DNA of 64,000 bases from Octopus vulgaris (lineage: Eukaryota). Location: assembly GCA_951406725.2 (NCBI GenBank), contig OX597840.1, forward strand, positions 1,426,001 through 1,490,000, read 5' to 3'. A program made the translations under genes and the position numbers. The notes below the pieces were generated by a model. It did not search any database. It saw only the letters and a program-made list of their open reading frames with translations, and was not told the DNA's origin. This document shows, one piece after another, positions 57,780-64,000 of this stretch; the stretch's first letter is position 1, and each line of letters starts with the position of its first letter.

Positions 57780-59520
57780 ACATGCACTCTCTCTCTCACA
57801 CACATACAAACACTCTCTCTCTCTCTTGCTATATCTCTCTATCTCTTTCATTCTCTCTCCCTCTATCTCTTCCACACTCCCTATCCCAAAGTTCCTCACT
57901 CACCCTTTCTCTGTCTGTCTGTCTGTTTTAGTCTGCCATGCGCTATATCATCCAGTCTATCTCTCGCTCTCTCTAACACATACACACTCCCTATCCCATC
58001 GTCTCTATGCTCCTTTCTCTCTAACTCTCCCTCTAACGCCTCCTGTCTTTCTCTCATCGTCTCCCTCTAACTCCTCCTTACCCCCCTCCCTCTTCCTAAC
58101 ACTATCACACACCATATCATTCCGCCTGTCTCTCTGTTTCTCTCTCTCTAACTCTTTCCTCTTCCCATCTCTCCTCCGTAACTCTTCCAATCTCTCCTCT
58201 GAAACTCTCCCTCTCCCCATCTCTCCTCTGTAACTTTTCCGGCCACTCTATTCCTTACTTCATTTCTCTCTCTCTCTCTCTCTTTCTCTCTTTCTCTCTC
58301 TATCTATGTATCTGTTTATCTCTCTCTTTCTATCTATCTATGTGTTTATCTATCTCTTTCTATCTATCTATCTGTTTATCTCTCTCTCTCTCTCTCTATC
58401 TATCTCTCTATCTATCTATCATCAATCTATCTATCTATCTATCTATCTAGTTAGCTAGCTATCTCTCCCTGTTTCTCTCTCTCTCTCTATCTCTGCCTGT
58501 TCCGCCCGCGCTAACTCCTGTTACCCCTCCCACACATTCTATCCTTCTCTCTCTATCTCTCCTACTCTTTCTCTCTCTCCTTGCATCTCTGTACAACATT
58601 ATGTAATCTGCTGCCCTAACTTTCCAAAGATTTCTCTCTTCTAAAGAGTTTCTCCTTTAAAGTTTTGTCCTTATCCAACCCCTCCCTACATTTCCCTTCC
58701 CTCTGTCATTCTCTCTCTCTCTCTCTCTTCCTCACTCTCCCTCTCACTGACTGTCTGTCTGCTTGTCTCTCTCTCTCTCTCACTCTCTCTGCCACTTTCC
58801 ACACCTTCCCTTTTCTCTCTCATGCTATTTTATTGTCCCAACGCTCTCTCCGCTTCTACGTCCCCAATCTCTCTCCTTCTCTCTCTTCCTCTCCCTTTCT
58901 CTTTCTCACTCACTCACTCTCTCTGTCATTCTCTCTCTCTCTCTTTCTCTCTAACCCTCAACCTGTTTCCCTCTCACTCACTGCCACTCTCTCCCTCTTC
59001 CCCTCCCCTTCTCTTCCTCTATCTCCTTCTCTCCTCTCTTTCACTCTCACTCACTCTCACTCACTCACTTAACCTAAGTTTTTCTCTTTTCTCTCACTTT
59101 CTTTCTCTTTCTCTCTATGTCTTTCTCTCTCTCTCCCATCCTTTAACTATCTCTCTTTCTCACTCACTGCCTCTTTCATTCCCTCTCTTTCGCCCTCTCT
59201 CTATCTTTTTCTTTCTCTCTTTTCTTTCTCTCTTTTATTCTCTCTATCTCTTTCTCTCTTTCTTTCTCTCTATCTCGTTCTCTCTATCTAACTCTCTCAA
59301 CACTCTCTCTCTCTTTCTCCCTCTCTCTTCCATTGCACTCATGGCACCATGCCCCTTTAAAATGTCCCCCCTTCTCTCAATCCATCACCTCCGCCCCCAC
59401 GCTAACCTCCACTTCCCCCTCTCCCCCATCTCGCTACCCCCTCCTCCTCTCCTCCTCTTCTCTCTACTCTCTCCACAAACTCTTTCTCTCTTTCTTCTAT
59501 TTCACTAAGACACCTTCTAA
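57780..59520. repeat. Long polypyrimidine (CT-rich) tract
   Basis: Directly visible strand asymmetry. Confidence 0.9.
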
Positions 59521-59693
59521 ATCCTTTGCTTTCTTTCTACCCGTTTCAAAACTTCCATCTTCTTTCACTGGTTGTACTCCATATATATACATATACATAC
59601 ATACATATATATAAATAGTCTCTCCCACCCTCTCTCTGTATGCATGTATGTGTTTATGAGTATACACACGCACACACAGAGAAACACACACAC

Positions 59694-59752
<59 letters not shown>

Positions 59753-59754
59753 AA

Positions 59755-59785
<31 letters not shown>

Positions 59786-60551
59786 CATATATATATACAT
59801 ATATATGTATATACATATATGTAGGTGTGTGTGTCGGTATATATATATATATATACATACACACATACGTATGTATACATATATACATATATGTGTATTT
59901 GTATATATATACATATACATATATGTGTATGTGTATATATATATATATATATATACTCCTAAATTTATATACATATGTACATAAATATATACATACATAT
60001 ATGAATAGATAGTTATATATATATATATATATATAAATATACACGTACACATTCGCGTACGAGATTGTGTATATATGAGTGTGTGTGTGTTTTATTATTG
60101 TTGTTGTTGATGTATATGTTTATACTTTTACTTTTCTGCTTTACCATTACAAAGGAATTTCTATAGAATTTTAGTGGAAAATTTCAAAATAGATTTTTGA
60201 TACTTTTCATGCACCTACTCTACTCTTTTACCCTTTACCTCTCCCTCTTTTACTCTATCTTTGTCTGTCTGTCCCTCACTCATTCTCTTTCTCTCTTTCT
60301 GCTCTTTCTGTCTTTCTGTCTCTCTCTCTCTCTCTATTTCTCACTGTATAGATCACTTGAATCACTCCCTCACTTGCTTATGTTCTATCTTCAGGTATCT
60401 ATCTATCGATCTGTCTTCAGTTCTCTCATAGACTCTGTTATTTTCCCATCATCGTTTTCTCTCTTTCAATACACACACACAAACACACACACATGTTTGT
60501 GTGTGCATGCCCTTGTATGATTGTAGATATATATATGTGTATGTATATATA

Positions 60552-60594
<43 letters not shown>

Positions 60595-60671
60595 TTATAC
60601 ACAAATACCAATATGTATATATATATACACATACAAATACACATATATGTATATATGTATACATATGTATT

Positions 60672-60709
<38 letters not shown>

Positions 60710-60759
60710 CACACACACCTACATATATGTATATACATAAATATATGTATATATATGTT

Positions 60760-60822
<63 letters not shown>

Positions 60823-61045
60823 GATAGATAGAAATGCATAGATAGATAGATAGATAGTTAGATAGATAAATAGCTAAATAGATAGATAGGTAGATAGATT
60901 GATAGGTAGGTAGATAAATAGATATCGATATACATGTGTGTGTCTGTTTTCCTGTGTGATGGTATTTACAATTTCATAAACGAATATGTAGGAATATATG
61001 CGTTTCCGTGCATATATACACATTCATATATATATATGAATATAA

Positions 61046-61080
<35 letters not shown>

Positions 61081-61697
61081 TGTATGTATGTATGTATGTA
61101 TGTATGTATGTATGTATATATGTATGTATGTATGCATGTATGTATGTATGTATACACACATATATACAGATACTCATACAACAATACCTTCACACACACA
61201 CACAATATTCATTAGGATTATGGGTGCTTAAATTTGCAAAATATTATATTGAATAAATTATATTTTCAATTAAAATGCGATATTTCGCAAGAAATTACTG
61301 GATAATAAATGTATAAAATTAATGCTTATTACCATAATAATTACATCTTTTAATTAATTGCTCAATCGTGCATCTCCTTAGTCAATATAATTTCTGCTGT
61401 ATGTACATTAATGCTTGATATATACATTTATATTTAGTCTTCTGCTCTGTTCTGTCAATGAAATTGTTTCACGTCTAATAAGCAAACGGTATTAGCAACA
61501 TAATAGCCAAAACGGGGAACAGCCTTGCTTTGCTGAGGTTAGCTGTTTCCAGCTGACTATGCGTTCTGTAGTTGCCTAACGAAGAAGCCCCTGGCATCTT
61601 GAACCGTAGTGTACGTCTTTACTGGGTCGCTAGATTGGTGTAAGATATTGGTTTCATGTATTTTGCACGAGGCCAGCAATTTCCGTGCAGGTAGTAT

Positions 61698-62004
61698 ATT
61701 GTTTGTTCCTTGTCAAGCTATGCCTGGCTCATAAGGGCCGGTTTCCCGGTTTCTTTGTCGTATAAGTTCCCCACCTGGACGGGACGCCGGTCCATGGCGG
61801 ATGAGCTGCAAGATGCAGGAGGAAAGAGTGAGAGAAAGTTGTGGCGACACAGTCAGCAGAAGTTTCGCCATTAACTTCTGCCGGAGTCGCGTAGAGGCTT
61901 AGGCATTTCACTTATAAACACACACATCGCCCGGTCTGAGATTCGAACCCGCGATCCCTCGACCGCGTGTCCGCTGCTCTAACCACTACGCCATGTGCCT
62001 CCAA
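61698..62004 (-). mobile_element. SINE family C-like element with 12-bp TSD, nested in an older family A SINE
   Basis: TSD tgcaggtagtat at 61686-61697 and 62005-62016; family A sequence continues on both sides (about 61650-62170). Confidence 0.85.
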
Positions 62005-62359
62005 TGCAGGTAGTATGTCGATTATATCGACACCGATGTTTAACTCGTACTTATGTTATCGACCCCAAAAGGACGAAAGAGCCAAAGTCGGCTTTTGAAC
62101 TAAGATTTTGAACTAAGAACGTAAAGACGGACGAAATGACGTGAAGCATTTTGCCCGACGTGCTAACGAGCAATGTCCACAACATAAAGACGAATGAAAG
62201 GCCGCTAAGTATTCTGCCCGCTGTGTTAATGGTTTTGTCATTTCACTGTCTTAAATATAAACTGTCTTTGGCTGGGCTTGGGGTGAGCACGTGTTACGAA
62301 AGACGCTGCGTTTGAGACTCTAACGATTCTTTCAATGACATTTTTAAAAATATTGATTT

Positions 62360-62550
62360 GAAATTTTCGGACAAGGGCAGCAGATATGTGAGGTGTATTA
62401 AATCGGTTATATTGATTCTATTGAGCCATCAATCACGAAAGCATGAATTAGGCAAAGTCGACCTTGACGGAATTTGAACTCAGAACGTAGACAGACGAAA
62501 TGTCGCTAAGCATTTTGCTTGGTGTGGTAATGTTTCTCCGAACACATCGC
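62360..62550 (-). mobile_element. Degenerate SINE family A
   Basis: 'ggcaaagtcgaccttgacggaatttgaactcagaacg'. Confidence 0.65.
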
Positions 62551-63682
62551 TTTAATGCAAGATTCGCAGGATATTTTCGAGAATGTAATGAGCCGGAAAA
62601 TTTACGATTCTGTCAATGAAATTTTTTAAGAAAAGCTGCAACGAATCTGCTTCACTTTAAATAAGCATTATATAAGCTCTATATAAGAACACGTTATATA
62701 AGCTCTATATAAGAACAAAGAATTTGAAGAGCTTCTTGTAGCTGAGATAATTCTATGGCTGTTCTCACATGACTACGTCTCTTATGGTTGTTTATGGAAA
62801 CATCCCTTTACATCGTCGAGTCCTCGAATACAGTATGTGGTTTCCCTAATTGGGTAAAAACAGCAGGAGTTATTTTGCATTCAATGGCAAACGTCAAAAG
62901 CTAATGAATAGCCAAGTCATAGAAGAGTCGTGCTGAATATGGTTTCTAAGATTGCCTACTGAAGTAGCCCTCTACGCTGCCGTCAACCCGTCGAATAATG
63001 TCCTAGATTATTGCTTGATTCATACAAAACAGCAAATTATGTCTCCGTGAAATCAACATTATTAAATAATCACATTGTCAAAATCGTCAGTCTCGAACGG
63101 AATGCATTTCGCAATTCCTTCTCAGTTCATACCCAGACAAAGACCAGTTTGCCTTAAGGCGGCGAACTGACAGAACCATTACCATAGGGGCGGAATACAT
63201 AGCGGCATTTCCTACACCTTTTCCGTCCTAGACATTACTCGTAGGCAAGTCGGGCAAATTCAGTTAAAAATCAACTAAAGACAGCTGTGACTCTATAATT
63301 ATTTCGGGATAGATAAAATAAGTGCTTTAGCGTAAATGTTTCTGGCTTCCTCATAGTGTTCTATTGGTAAGAACATTGCGGTGGTTTGCCATTGCGTTCA
63401 TCCAAGTCAATGACCGTCGGCCAGGAAGGAGTTCATCAGACCTTCGATAAGTCTTATTTTTAGTACTACTGGAAGTCAAGACACCCTTCTCACAAGAGTA
63501 GCAAGCTACTCAAGTGTAGAGGGTCAGTTTAGTCACTGACCACTCGACCATGGAACACGTATTACTGGTTTATACGGTACCAATACCAAGCCATATCTGC
63601 CTGATATGAAATCTCCGACATATCTATCAGTCTATCTATATATCTTCTATTTATGTATATATCTCTGTATCTATCAATCTAT

Positions 63683-63769
<87 letters not shown>

Positions 63770-63805
63770 CAGATATTTCAGTATCTATCTGTGTATGTAT
63801 GTATG

Positions 63806-63935
<130 letters not shown>

Positions 63936-64000
63936 CAGATATTTCAGTATCCTAGACCACTGGTTATAAATTGAAATTAATCAAATTGATATTCAATTTT

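Overview
Eukaryotic, very AT-rich and microsatellite-saturated DNA. The SINE families and repeat landscape point to a coleoid cephalopod, probably Octopus (inference). I could not support any host protein-coding exon; almost all ORFs in the track are translations of (TA)n, (CA)n, (TATC)n, (TAA)n or (AGT)n repeats. The interpretable content is mobile DNA: several tRNA-derived SINE families, a CR1/L2-group LINE remnant, RTE LINE remnants, R4/Dong-like RLE LINE 3' ends stacked in (TAA)n arrays, a Tc1/mariner remnant, a Helitron PIF1 remnant and Penelope-like element (PLE) pieces. The main signal is about a dozen short, mostly mutually unrelated elements, most sitting in (TA)n tracts, that carry type I hammerhead-ribozyme (HHR) motifs with palindromic stem III. 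Five of them are fold-backs with an asymmetric tail, and one still carries a stop-free PLE GIY-YIG endonuclease frame. All folding and alignment was done by eye, so coordinates are approximate to a few bases.
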